From the NCBI GenBank assembly GCA_965205505.1, contig CBDBHB010000009.1:1568001-1632000 (forward strand): DNA of 64,000 bases, in the 5' to 3' direction. The notes beneath the pieces are model-generated. The model did no database searches. It worked only from the letters and a program-made list of their open reading frames with translations, and had not been told where the DNA came from. Origin of the DNA: Acidobacteriota bacterium (GTDB lineage Bacteria; Acidobacteriota; UBA890; WLXD01). A program made the position numbers and the translations under genes. This document shows positions 21,290 through 31,446 of the stretch, in pieces; within the stretch, counting starts at the first letter, position 1; every line of letters begins with the position of its first letter.

Positions 21290-22657
21290 GTGAGCAGACC
21301 CAGCCCAGCCAGCGAAGGGCTGGTTCGCAATCTCGGTGTGGCGGCGGCCGGTGCCTTCGTGGTGACCAACATGGTGGGCACCGGGATCTTCACGTTGCCG
21401 GCGATCGTTCGCGTCGCGGCAGGGAGTGCGCCGGCGGCGTTGGCTGTATGGGCTGCAGCGGGTCTACTGGGACTCTGTGGGGCGCTGTGCTACGCGGAGC
21501 TGGCGACCCGCATGCCCGGTGCCGGCGGAGAGTATCGCTACCTGGCACGAGTCTTCGGCCCGCTGTGGGGTTTCCTCAGCGGATGGACCTCCTTCATCGT
21601 CGGCTTCTCGGCCGCTGTTGCGGCATCGGCGCTCGGAATGACTGCCTACTTGGCGCCGTTGATTCCGGGTTGGGAGGCTGATGTTCCCTTGATCGCCGGC
21701 CTGGGCGTCACCCAGGGCGCTGCGGTCGCGGCGATCATCGTGCTCATTTTGACGCTCGTGCACAGTGTAGGCGTCCGTTCAAGCGGCCGCTTCCAGGTGA
21801 CCCTGGCGTCGGTGGTGGTCGCTGCTATTGTGCTCTTCGGGCTGGTGGGCTTCGCCAGCGGTCGGGGCGAGTGGAGCGGCCTGCGGGCGGCGGGAGTCGC
21901 ACAGGGCAGTTGGTGGGCAGCGCTATTGCCGGTCAGCTATGCCTACGCGGGATGGAACGCTGCCGCATACATGGCTGGCGAGGTGCGTCGGCCGGGACGA
22001 AACCTGCCGCGGGCAATCGTCGGTGGAGCGCTCGTTGTCACGGCCCTGTACCTGGCGGTCAATGCCCTCTTCTTCTACGCCATTCCCGAGGCCGATTGGG
22101 AACCGGTGATCGCCGTTGGTCAGCTGGCCGCATCGCGCCTGCTGGGCGACGCCGGCTCGCTCGCGGTCAGCGCGATCATCGCGACGGCGATGTTTGGCTC
22201 GGTCAGCGCCATGACCGCGGTCGGACCACGCATTTACTTCGCGATGGCGCGCGATGGCCTGGCCCCGCACTTCCTGGGTCGATTGTCGGCCTCGGGGCGG
22301 GTCCCGGTGGTCGCCATCGTGGCGCAAGGTGTGCTGGCGACGTTGCTGGCGCTGACCGGAGCGTTCGAGGCCCTCTTGATCTATATCGGGTCGTCGTTGC
22401 TGCTGTTCAACGCGTTGACGATCTCGACGCTGTTGGTGATTCGCCGCCGGGGCGAGGTGGCCCCAGCGGGAGCTTTCGTTACTCCAGGGCACCCTGTGCC
22501 GGGGCTCATCTTCATCGCGATGACTATTGCAGCATGGGGACAGGGTCTGATCTCGACGCCTCTTCCTACGACCGCCGCACTGGCCACGCTCTTCGCCGGC
22601 GGTCTCGTGTACGCGCTGGCGCGCCGCAAAGGGTGGCTTGCGCAGGCGACCAGCTGA
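21290..22657 (+). CDS. APC family amino acid permease
   Basis: MVGTGIF, CYAELATRMP.AGGEY, YAYAGWN, PRIYFAMARDG. Confidence 0.9.
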   Translation: MSRPSPASEGLVRNLGVAAAGAFVVTNMVGTGIFTLPAIVRVAAGSAPAALAVWAAAGLLGLCGALCYAELATRMPGAGGEYRYLARVFGPLWGFLSGWTSFIVGFSAAVAASALGMTAYLAPLIPGWEADVPLIAGLGVTQGAAVAAIIVLILTLVHSVGVRSSGRFQVTLASVVVAAIVLFGLVGFASGRGEWSGLRAAGVAQGSWWAALLPVSYAYAGWNAAAYMAGEVRRPGRNLPRAIVGGALVVTALYLAVNALFFYAIPEADWEPVIAVGQLAASRLLGDAGSLAVSAIIATAMFGSVSAMTAVGPRIYFAMARDGLAPHFLGRLSASGRVPVVAIVAQGVLATLLALTGAFEALLIYIGSSLLLFNALTISTLLVIRRRGEVAPAGAFVTPGHPVPGLIFIAMTIAAWGQGLISTPLPTTAALATLFAGGLVYALARRKGWLAQATS

Positions 22658-22660
22658 TTC

Positions 22661-23632
22661 CTATTCGAGCAGCTTCGTCTCAGGGTTGTTCAGGCTCCAC
22701 GTATACCAGAACGTATCGAAGCCACCGAGTCGCGTGATCTCGCCGTCGAACTCCATGCGCCGCGCGTCGAAGCTCTCACCGGCCACGTGGCGCCAAACGC
22801 CATCGTCGTTGACGAATCCATCTCCGGAAAAAGCTGCAGTGGAGGCGAACAGCGGCGCGTCAGGCTGGCGAAACAGGAAGAGTGCCCGGCCGCTCGGTAG
22901 CGCGAACGCCGCGCCCCCTTTGATGCGATCGTGGGTCACCGCGTAACGCCCCCCATCGGCTTGGAACGCATAAATCGGCGTCTTGGTGTCGAGGCGTGGA
23001 TCGTCGGCGAGTTGGCCCCCGAATCCGTCCTCACGCGCCCAGTAGTCGGTGTATACGTCGCGTGTGTGTTGCCGCCCTTGAATCGACAGGACGAGGGTGT
23101 CGGGGTGCTGTTGTCTCCAGTCCTGCCAGCTGACCCTGGAGCCCGTGGGCAGCTCGACGAGCTTGGTGCCGAGGTAGGCGCCAGCAACGGACTCACTGCG
23201 CATGATTGCCCAGTACGAGTCGGTCTGCTTGTCTTGCATGACCAGCGAGCTGTTCATGAGGCCACCGGACGCTTCGAACTGCAGCTCCTCACCACCGTAC
23301 TCTCGGCTGTACACGACAGCCGTATTCGCCAGCGGTCACCAGACGGCTGCGTAGGCGGTATCACCGATCTTGTCGTTGACGATCTCGTAGCCGCTGAGCA
23401 AGTTGATGCTGAACGCGCGCGCCTGCCCTTCGATGACAATCCCCAGCATCCAGGCATCGTCCGGAACATCCGCAGCGCCGGCCTCGACCCATTCCGGCTG
23501 ATCGATCGACGGGATCTGGCCACGTGGCAGAACCTGCACGAACCCAGGCGGTTGTGGCGCTGCGCATGCAGCCAGCGTCATGACGGGGGCGACCAAGATC
23601 CGTGTGAGCTTACGGCGGCAATCGGTGCGCAT
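22661..23632 (-). CDS. DUF3179 family lipoprotein, probable selenoprotein (UGA at 23336-23338)
   Basis: Two ORFs in the same frame joined as AVW*PLANTAVVY; IPSIDQP, EIVND, SG.L.NS.LVM.D.QT.S.W; SECIS-like hairpin. Confidence 0.8.
23304..23322 (-). promoter_or_regulatory. Bacterial SECIS-like hairpin
   Basis: CGGCUGU-CGUGU-ACAGCCG begins 13 nt after the UGA; GU in the apical loop. Confidence 0.65.
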
Positions 23633-23897
23633 ATCGCTCCTGCCCTCCGGGTGGCCGCGGGACCGGCCACCTTGGGCGTCGCGGCGCCTCGACGATACAC
23701 CCAGCATCGCCCTCGTCGCCGCTCCTACAATTCGCCCCGGTCGCGCGCGCCACAAACGTCACCGTACTTATGATCAGGAGCACTAGATTCTGCTACCTGC
23801 GTTACGGCAGGCCAAGAATTCACGCGGGCGGGGGAGGTCGGGCAGTGTGGCATGCCTTACAAAGGCTTACCCGACAACGGGCGCCTTCAGCGCCCTG

Positions 23898-26078
23898 TCA
23901 GGCTGCGGCGATGTCGCGTGCCGTGATGATGCTCAGCGCGTCGCTCAAGGTGGCGAGACCAGCGGTGCGATCGACACACGAGACGCCGAAGCTCTGCTGT
24001 AGCTCGATCATGCCGTGGGTCATGCCGCCATTGCTGTAGAGCAAGACTCGCCCCGCCATGTCGGCATCCTTGTCTCGCACGGCGGTGAGGAATTCGGGCA
24101 GGTCGTCGGCACCCACCACCGCGTCGATCACCAGCCCGCGGTAGGCGCGCTGGGTTCCGAGCATGACCTTGGCTTCATCGAGACTGGCCACGACATCGAC
24201 GTGCAGGCCGGCTCCCAGCAAAACGCGTAGCATCACGTCGCGAACCAGGTCGTTGGCCTCGACCAGCAGGACGCGCTGGCTGCCCGCGGCAGCCGCTTCG
24301 CTAACAGTGGCGGTGAGCTCTGTCTGCAAATCCGGGGTCATCGACGAAGCCGGGAGGATCAGGCAGAAACGACTGCCCACGCCCTCTTGGCTCTCGGCCG
24401 TGAGCATGCCGCCGTGACGCTGTGCGACCGATCGAGCGGTCGATAATCCGAGCCCTGTGCCGGCTTTCCCCTTGGTGGTGAACAGCGGGTCGAAGATGCG
24501 CTCCATGGTCTCCTTGGACATTCCGGTGCCGGTGTCCTCGACGCTGAACACCACTTTGTCGGCGACTTCCGTGAGGCCCAGCGTCATGGTGCCACCCTTC
24601 GGCATGGCGTCGACGGCATTGATGATCAGATTCAGCAGTACCTCACGCAGCTCGGGCGGGTTGCCTTCGACGGCGCGAGTTTCCTCAACGTTGAGCTGTA
24701 GCGTGAGCCCACGTGTGGCCTCACGCCGCGCCCAGAGTGGGCGAGCATACTTCCAAGCCTCCTCGAGCACCCCGCGGGCGTCGACCGCCACGGTGCCGGT
24801 TTCTCGTGCGTTCTCACCGTCTAGATGGGTCCACGCCGCCAGGCGCTCGACGATCGTCAGACCCTCCTTGACGGACAGCTCGATAGTATTGAACCGTGCC
24901 ATAGATTCGTCATCGAAGGGACCATCGGTACCACCGGTGGATTCGGCATGGCGAGTGGCTTGCTTGCGTAGCGCTTCGGCGGCGAGCAGCACCCTCGACA
25001 GGATGTCGTTAAAGCTATGAGACACGCTGATGGCGATCTGCGACACCATCTCCATTTTCTCGGAGCGTTCCATCGCTTCGCGCATCTTCGCCTGCCGGAA
25101 GACCGCGCCAATTGCCTCGGCTACGTGTTGCGTCGTTTTGACAAGGCTTGGGCTGAAGGCGCCGCCCGAGCGCGCCACGCGCAGCACCACGTGACCGATC
25201 GCCGGATCTTCTAGGTTGACCGGACACAGCAGCAACGCGTTCAACGGCAGATCGGCAACCAATTCACGTACGGACTCGGTAAGCGGATCGGTGCGAAGAT
25301 CGTCGATGACCATCGTCTTACTGGCCTCGACCGCCTTCACTAGCTCGGGATAGCGCCCGGGCGATAGCTCCAGCTCCCGAATCTTCTCGTCATCGCTCGA
25401 GGAGATCACCTGCATGCTGCTATCGCCCAGCTGCACCAACGATGCGCGGACGTTTCCGGGATAGATATTCTGAATGTCTACGAGGACGTGGCGAATCACA
25501 TCGGTTGCTTCGAAGTCGTCCGAGAATGCGGCGCGGATCTTGCCTACCCAGCCGAGCAGATGACTCTGCAGGAGCGTCTCACGCATTCGTGCGCGGCTCG
25601 CCTCGATGAGTCCGCCGTAGCCCACGCCAATGCTGAACAGGAAACCGAGCCGCCCGATCAGGGCCGGCGTTTGTAGCAGCACCATGCCGTGCTCGAGGCC
25701 CAGGATCGTGCCGTACCCGGCTACGGCAAGGGTCGTGCCGGCCAGCGCCCACCGTAGGCTACCCGCCATTCCGACGATCGCCAGGATGACGAAGTATGCG
25801 AAGAAGAAGTCGCGCGCGAAGCCCGGCCCCGAGACCATCGCTCCCAGCAGAACGCTTATGTCTACCGCCGCGACAACCGGCAGCATCGCCGGATGCTCCC
25901 AGGTAGCTGGGCGCAGCCGCGACAGCACGATATTCGACAGAGCCACGGTAGCCAGAAGCCCCGCCCGAAGCGCCACGGTGCCTTCACCGCTTGCCCACAC
26001 GAGGTACGCGAGGGCGATGAACATCACCCAACGCAACAGCGTGACGATGCGGCGACGGTCCTGGAGAGTGGAATTCAT
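23898..26078 (-). CDS. Hybrid sensor histidine kinase (TM-GAF-HisKA-HATPase-REC-like)
   Basis: SHSFNDIL, NLIINAVDAM, DTGTGM, FTTK, GTGLGL. Confidence 0.88.
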   Translation of the reverse strand: MNSTLQDRRRIVTLLRWVMFIALAYLVWASGEGTVALRAGLLATVALSNIVLSRLRPATWEHPAMLPVVAAVDISVLLGAMVSGPGFARDFFFAYFVILAIVGMAGSLRWALAGTTLAVAGYGTILGLEHGMVLLQTPALIGRLGFLFSIGVGYGGLIEASRARMRETLLQSHLLGWVGKIRAAFSDDFEATDVIRHVLVDIQNIYPGNVRASLVQLGDSSMQVISSSDDEKIRELELSPGRYPELVKAVEASKTMVIDDLRTDPLTESVRELVADLPLNALLLCPVNLEDPAIGHVVLRVARSGGAFSPSLVKTTQHVAEAIGAVFRQAKMREAMERSEKMEMVSQIAISVSHSFNDILSRVLLAAEALRKQATRHAESTGGTDGPFDDESMARFNTIELSVKEGLTIVERLAAWTHLDGENARETGTVAVDARGVLEEAWKYARPLWARREATRGLTLQLNVEETRAVEGNPPELREVLLNLIINAVDAMPKGGTMTLGLTEVADKVVFSVEDTGTGMSKETMERIFDPLFTTKGKAGTGLGLSTARSVAQRHGGMLTAESQEGVGSRFCLILPASSMTPDLQTELTATVSEAAAAGSQRVLLVEANDLVRDVMLRVLLGAGLHVDVVASLDEAKVMLGTQRAYRGLVIDAVVGADDLPEFLTAVRDKDADMAGRVLLYSNGGMTHGMIELQQSFGVSCVDRTAGLATLSDALSIITARDIAAA

Positions 26079-26220
26079 TGTGGTGCGTTCTCCGTATCCA
26101 AGAATAGGACAAGTATATGAATGGATATCTCCAGACCGAAGAACAAAAAATAACATTCTAAAAGTAACTAAAAGATGTACATGACCGGTATTGGTCAGTT
26201 TTAGTCGGAGCGAGAGCGCT

Positions 26221-27300
26221 CTACAACTGAACCCCGAGCCCGGGGCCCAGCCCGGGTGTAAGCAGGCCTTGGTGCACGCTGACCGCCGACGCGGTGGGAT
26301 CGTCGAGCAGGTCGAGGTGGCCATCAAGATCGATCCAGCGGATGGTCTTGGCGGCGAGCGCGAAGTGCAGAGCGGCAGCGATGGCAAGCGCGGCTTCGTC
26401 CATACAGCTCAACATGCAGGGGAGGCCAGCCGTTGCTGCTACCTGGTCGATTGCCCGCGCCGCGCTCACGCCGCCGGCCTTCATGAGCTTTACCGTGAAA
26501 CCGTCAACCACGCCGCCGGCAACCAACTCGACGGCGTCGGCAACACCAAGCAGGCTTTCGTCGGCCAGCACGGGGGGGATGCCCGGCTGCTCCTTTCGCA
26601 GGATGCGCAAGCTGGCGGTGAGCTCGGCTAGGCCGCGGCTGTCGTTTGCCGGAGTAGGCTGCTCGAAGGCAACCACGCTGGCGTCGGCGACTCCGCGTGC
26701 AAAACGTAGCGCCTCGTCGACGTCGTAGCCTTGGTTGGCGTCGAAGCGCATGTCGATGTCCGGCCCCAGCTCTCGGCGGAGACCGCCGACCCGCGCGATG
26801 TCGGCGTCTACATCCGTTCCGCCCTTGACCTTCAGTGCTCGGAATCCCTGCGCAATCTGATCGCGCCCACGCTCCAACGTTGCCTCGAGCGATTCGATGC
26901 CGAGCGTTACGGAGGTGATCAGGCTGCCAGGCGCTCCTCCGAGCATGACGCAGAGAGGCACGTTGGAGGCGCGAGCTCGGAGGTCCAGAAGGGCCATGTC
27001 CATGGCCGCTGCCGCTGCCGGCGCACCAGTCGCGGCGGGCCCGAGGTCAGGCCCGCGCCCCTGCTCGGGGTCGACGCCTATCGCGTCGGCCGCCAGCGTC
27101 TCCAGGGCATCCTTACAGTCCGTGACCGATTCGCCGGTGACTTCCGGCGCCGGCGCGGCGCAGCCGTAGCCGCGTATTCCAGTGTCGGTCTCGAGTCGAA
27201 CGAAGAGGTTGGTGGCGCTGTCATACGTCTCGTAGGCGATCGTGTAGGGCTCGCGCAGCTTGAAGTCGATTCGCCAAGTCTCCGAGTTGATGACGCGCAT
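26221..27300 (-). CDS. Dipeptide (L-Ala-D/L-Glu) epimerase, enolase superfamily
   Basis: LKVK, DANQG, EQP, ADES, VKLMKAGG, DLDG. Confidence 0.85.
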   Translation of the reverse strand: MRVINSETWRIDFKLREPYTIAYETYDSATNLFVRLETDTGIRGYGCAAPAPEVTGESVTDCKDALETLAADAIGVDPEQGRGPDLGPAATGAPAAAAAMDMALLDLRARASNVPLCVMLGGAPGSLITSVTLGIESLEATLERGRDQIAQGFRALKVKGGTDVDADIARVGGLRRELGPDIDMRFDANQGYDVDEALRFARGVADASVVAFEQPTPANDSRGLAELTASLRILRKEQPGIPPVLADESLLGVADAVELVAGGVVDGFTVKLMKAGGVSAARAIDQVAATAGLPCMLSCMDEAALAIAAALHFALAAKTIRWIDLDGHLDLLDDPTASAVSVHQGLLTPGLGPGLGVQL

Positions 27301-27338
27301 GGGGCAGATCATAGTCCGAGACGAGTAGTCTTGGTTCC

Positions 27339-27764
27339 ATGCTGAAGATCAACGAGCGACTGACCATTCCGGCCGACGAGATGCAGTTCGTCGCGTCGCG
27401 CGGCGGAGGCCCCGGCGGTCAGCACGTCAACAAGGTGTCGTCTCGGGTCACCTTGCGCTTCGACGTGGCTGGCTCGCCCAGCCTCGAGGATCGAGATCGT
27501 GATCGCCTGCTGTCGCTGCTGGCGACGCGAATCTCCAACGTGGGCGTGCTGCAAGTCTCGTCGCACGCGTCACGCTCGCAGGCAAACAACAAGGCCGAAG
27601 TGATCGAACGCTTTCGCCAGCTGCTGGCCGACGCATTGCGACCGCCAAAGGAACGCAAGGCGACGCGGCCGAGCCGTGGCGAACGGCGCCGGCGGCTCGA
27701 GGGAAAGCGTCACCGAGCCAAGGTGAAGCGCACCCGGGGCAAAGTGCACAACGTCGACGAATAA
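27339..27764 (+). CDS. arfB: Alternative ribosome rescue factor B
   Basis: GPGGQHVNK, RSQ..N, basic C-terminal tail. Confidence 0.93.
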   Translation: MLKINERLTIPADEMQFVASRGGGPGGQHVNKVSSRVTLRFDVAGSPSLEDRDRDRLLSLLATRISNVGVLQVSSHASRSQANNKAEVIERFRQLLADALRPPKERKATRPSRGERRRRLEGKRHRAKVKRTRGKVHNVDE

Positions 27765-27824
27765 CGTGCGACACTCGCCCCGGCCAGCGCACGTGACCAT
27801 CGCCACCGTCTCCAGGAGAGCGGC

Positions 27825-28094
27825 ATGCGTCTCAGCCCCAGGTTCTTCTCGCGTCGTCTGACAGCCCGCGAGCGGCTCGTCTACGGAGCTGTGACCCTCT
27901 GGTTCCTGGTCGTGTCGGCGGCCCTGGTCTGGCCGCTGTACACACCTTTTGCTCGCCTGCGGCCGTTTGTCCTCGGCGTGCCGTTTGCGCTGGCCTTTCT
28001 TGCCGGAGTGCTGGTGGCCTCGTTCGTTGCCGGCGTGGCGTTGTACCGGTGGGAATCACGCCAGGGACTTCTCGACCGGGACGTCTCCGACTGA
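27825..28094 (+). CDS. Small membrane partner of SSS transporter (DUF3311-like)
   Basis: 2 TM helices, P.VLGVPF; stop overlaps the symporter ATG. Confidence 0.65.
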   Translation: MRLSPRFFSRRLTARERLVYGAVTLWFLVVSAALVWPLYTPFARLRPFVLGVPFALAFLAGVLVASFVAGVALYRWESRQGLLDRDVSD

Positions 28095-29560
28095 TGCCTG
28101 CCTGGATGGTGGTGTTCGGGGTGACCCTGGGATATCTGCTGGCGTCACTCATCGTGGGCCTGCTTTCCGGGCGACGGGCGAGCTCCGGACCCGAAGGGTA
28201 TATCGCCGGTGATCGGTCGCTCGGCTTCGTGCTGATGTACTTCATCATGGGTGCGTCGATCTTCTCGGCGTTCTCTTTTCTTGGTGGACCGGGTTGGGCG
28301 TACTCGCGCGGCGCTGCGGCCTTCTACATCCTGTCGTACGCCACGGTCGGACTGATTCCCTGGTATGCGTACGGGCCGCGCGTCGCCAGGCTCGGACGGC
28401 GGTTCGGCTACGTCACTCAGGCGGAGCTCTTCGCGCACCGGTTCGACAGCCGATGGTTGTCGGCCGCGCTGGCGATCATCAGCCTGGTGGCCTTCGTTCC
28501 TTACCTGGTGCTGCAAATGCAGGGGGCCGGCTACGTCTTCAACGTCGTCACCGAGGGACGGGTGCCGCATTGGCTGGGTGCAGCGATTGCCTACGGTGTG
28601 GTGTTGATCTACGTGCTCGCCAGCGGCGTGATGGGCGTCGGGTGGACCAACACGTTTCAGGGCGTCTTCATGATGGTGCTCGCCTGGGGTCTTGGGCTCT
28701 ATCTGCCTTATCGGCTCTATGGCGGCGTCGGGCCGATGTTCCAGGAGCTCGCCGCCGCCGTACCGGAGATGCTCGCGCCGCCCGGTCTGGATGGCGCCGG
28801 TAACCGCTGGAGTTGGGGTGGATACTCGAGCGCCGTAGCGGTGTCGGCGATTGGCTTCAGCCTGTGGCCGCATTACTTCATGAAGATCTACACGGCGAGC
28901 AGCGAGCGCGTACTCAAGAAGACGATCATCTTCTACCCGACCTTCCAGGTGTTCTTGATTCCAATCATCTTCATCGGTTTCTCGGGGATTCTCCGCTACC
29001 GTGATGTGGTTCCGGCCGATGCCATCCTGCCTACAATTCTGATGTCGCTGGATCTCCCCGCGTTCGCCGTGGGGCTGTTCTGTGCCGGTGCCCTGGCGGC
29101 TTCCATGTCGACGGGCGACGCGCTGCTGCACGCTGCGGGGTCGATCATGGTGCGCGACTTCGTGTGCGTGCTTTCACCGCGATCCCTCACCGAGCGGCAG
29201 CAGACACGGTTGATCCGCACGTTCGTGCTCATAATCTCGGCCTTCGCCTACTACTTCGCGGTCGTTTCCGAGCTCTCCCTGGTTGCTCTGTTGCTGCTCG
29301 CGTATGGCTTTCTAGTGCAGATCGCGCCGGTCCTCGTGGCAACGTTCTACTGGCCGCGCGCCACACCACAGGGCGTGCTCTCGGGACTGGTGGTCGGCTG
29401 TGGCGTGGTCATCCTCTTCTACTACGTGCCGGCCCTCCAGTGGCAGCAGGTCCAGCCTGGGATCTTCGGCCTGGCGGCCAACCTCGTCACCCTGGTGGCC
29501 GTGTCGCTGCTGACCGCGCCGATGGACGAGGCACACGTCGAGCAGTTCGTGGTGAGCTAG
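28094..29560 (+). CDS. Sodium:solute symporter family protein
   Basis: AGDRSLG, SAFSFLGGPG, ALAASMST; many TM helices. Confidence 0.9.
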   Translation: MPAWMVVFGVTLGYLLASLIVGLLSGRRASSGPEGYIAGDRSLGFVLMYFIMGASIFSAFSFLGGPGWAYSRGAAAFYILSYATVGLIPWYAYGPRVARLGRRFGYVTQAELFAHRFDSRWLSAALAIISLVAFVPYLVLQMQGAGYVFNVVTEGRVPHWLGAAIAYGVVLIYVLASGVMGVGWTNTFQGVFMMVLAWGLGLYLPYRLYGGVGPMFQELAAAVPEMLAPPGLDGAGNRWSWGGYSSAVAVSAIGFSLWPHYFMKIYTASSERVLKKTIIFYPTFQVFLIPIIFIGFSGILRYRDVVPADAILPTILMSLDLPAFAVGLFCAGALAASMSTGDALLHAAGSIMVRDFVCVLSPRSLTERQQTRLIRTFVLIISAFAYYFAVVSELSLVALLLLAYGFLVQIAPVLVATFYWPRATPQGVLSGLVVGCGVVILFYYVPALQWQQVQPGIFGLAANLVTLVAVSLLTAPMDEAHVEQFVVS

Positions 29561-29657
29561 ATGAGATGAGAAGGCCAACCTCCTGAACGCAGTAGCCTGA
29601 CGGCTCTGCAAACGTTTCTTCAAACGTAACGGGCTCGAAGCCCAAGGAGGTTGGCCG

Positions 29658-30699
29658 ATGAGGAGTGTAACGATTGGACTGGACGTAAGCGACCGGTACA
29701 GCCGTATGTGCGTGCTCGACAGTAAGGGCAGGGTGATGGAGGAAGGGCGGGTGAGGACGAGCCCGGAGGGGCTGGCGAGGCGGTTCGGGTGCGAGGAGCC
29801 CGCTCGAGTAGTGCTGGAGGTTGGAACGCACTCGCCGTGGATGAGTGAGCAGTTGAAGCAACTGGGTCATGAGGTGCTGGTGGCTAACCCGAGGCGGCTG
29901 AAGCTGATCTATGGCGAGCACGGACCGACCGGTTGGATGCCGAGCACCTGGCACGAGTGGGCAGAATGGACCCAAAGCTGCTTAAGACGGTGCAGCATCG
30001 AGGCAGACAAGCGCGAGCGGATCTAGCCGTGATTCGGAGCCGAGATGCTCTGGTAAAGAGCCCACGCAGTTGGTGAGCCATGTGCGTGGTGCGGTCAAGT
30101 CGGCCGGTTGTCGTATTCCCAGGTGCTCGACGCCGGCGTTCGCGCGCACCGCGCCAGAGCACATACCGGAGCGGCTCAAGGGAGCGCTCGAGCCGGTGCT
30201 TGAAACGATCGCCATGCTGACGGGCAACATCCAGCAATACGAGCGTCAGATCGTGCAGCTGTGCCAGGGGCGATACCCGGAGACACAGCAGCTCCAGCAA
30301 GTGGCCGGGGTCGGAGCTCTGACCGCACTGGCGTATGTGCTGACGCTCGAGGAGCCGGAACGGTTCAATACCTCCAGAGCCGTGGGCCCGTACCTGGGAC
30401 TGAGACCGAAGAAACGGCAGTCGGGGGACAAGGACCCTGCGCTACGAATAACCAAGGCGGGCGACAAAATGCTCCGACGCCTGTTGGTGGGCTCGGCGCA
30501 TTACATCCTGGGCCCCTTCGGGCCCGATACTGAGCTCAGACGCTGGGGGCTCAAGCTGGCCGGACGCGGTGGTCCTCATGGCAACAAAAAGGCAGCAGTT
30601 GCTGTCGCCCGTAAGCTCGCCGTTGTGCTGCACCGACTGTGGCTGAGTGGAGACGAGTACGAACCGTTGCGCGCACCTGTAGAGGTTTCAGCAGCATGA
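29658..30699 (+). pseudogene. IS110 DEDD transposase/recombinase with two frameshifts
   Basis: IGLDVS, VVLE, (shift) TDRLDA, (shift) GVGALTA, YLGLRP...SG, ITKAG, AVARKL. Confidence 0.85.
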
Positions 30700-30945
30700 A
30701 CTAACCCGCAACCAGGAGGTCGGTAGGGCGACGCGACCCAACGGTTATCGATCTGACCGCCCGGTCCGGGCGACTGCGAAGGTCACTACGAGCTTCGAGC
30801 TCGGCAGCTAGATTGCAGCGCCTCGAATCGGGACGGACCCCAGAATGCACCGGACGACCTGAATCCTCGTCCACCAGAGTGCGAATAGGAGCATGGCGTG
30901 CAGATCGATTCTTCGCTGGGCACCACATTGCCCTTGACCGAACTA
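30700..30945 (+). ncRNA. Putative IS1111-type bridge/seek RNA
   Basis: 30774-30818: stem / AGGTCACTA / hairpin / CAGCTAG / stem; the guides match the two strands of the insertion site. Confidence 0.65.
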
Positions 30946-30959
30946 GGCCTTCTCATAGA

Positions 30960-31234
30960 AGTGGCCTGTAGCAGATGATCGTTGCCTATCGCAGATGGGA
31001 TTTGCGGGTGAGATCAAGGCGCGGCGACGAAGTCGATGCTGGGACATCGTCCAGGAGCCGCAACGCCGAGATCGCCCGCAACTGCCCATCTGTCCGGAGG
31101 ATGGTGGCGAACTGGGCCCGTCTGCGGCGTTGCTCCTCCTCCACGATGGGCAAACATCGTCTCGTCGGAGCGCCTGACATCCGGGCCCATTTCGCCACCA
31201 CGATAGGCAACGATCATCTGCTACAGGCCACTAG
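30960..31234. mobile_element. MITE-like element with 32-bp perfect terminal inverted repeats
   Basis: AGTGGCCTGTAGCAGATGATCGTTGCCTATCG (30960-30991) is the exact reverse complement of 31201-31232; two internal hairpins; left end interrupted by the IS110. Confidence 0.85.
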
Positions 31235-31446
31235 GGTGGGCCGTTCTCGGATGGCGGGTTCGGGCGACGTTCCTTGCTGCGCGTTGCCAGCAGCATCGTC
31301 GTCAGGCCCAGCAAAAGCTCATCGGCGAACGGCAGCATGTCGGGCACCAGCAAGTCGAGCACGAACAGCCCCGCGGTGAGCGCAAACAGCCACGGGTAGC
31401 GCAGTTGCGAAAAATAGCGCAACAGAATGGCCGGCAGCGCACTCAT
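31231..31446 (-). CDS. DUF6116-like small membrane protein
   Basis: LRYPWLF...LFVLDLLVPDMLPFADELLL. Confidence 0.7.
   Translation of the reverse strand: MSALPAILLRYFSQLRYPWLFALTAGLFVLDLLVPDMLPFADELLLGLTTMLLATRSKERRPNPPSENGPP

Larger units (their letters stand above)
29561..30961 (+). mobile_element. IS110 family (IS1111-like) insertion sequence
   Basis: Subterminal IRs ATGAGAAGGCC (29566-29576) / GGCCTTCTCAT (30946-30956); AG core at both junctions; long 3' non-coding end; TTGACC near the right end. Confidence 0.88.

Noticed and set aside
26080-26220. AT-rich patch as foreign DNA
   Set aside because: Short and directly upstream of the histidine kinase; most simply a promoter region
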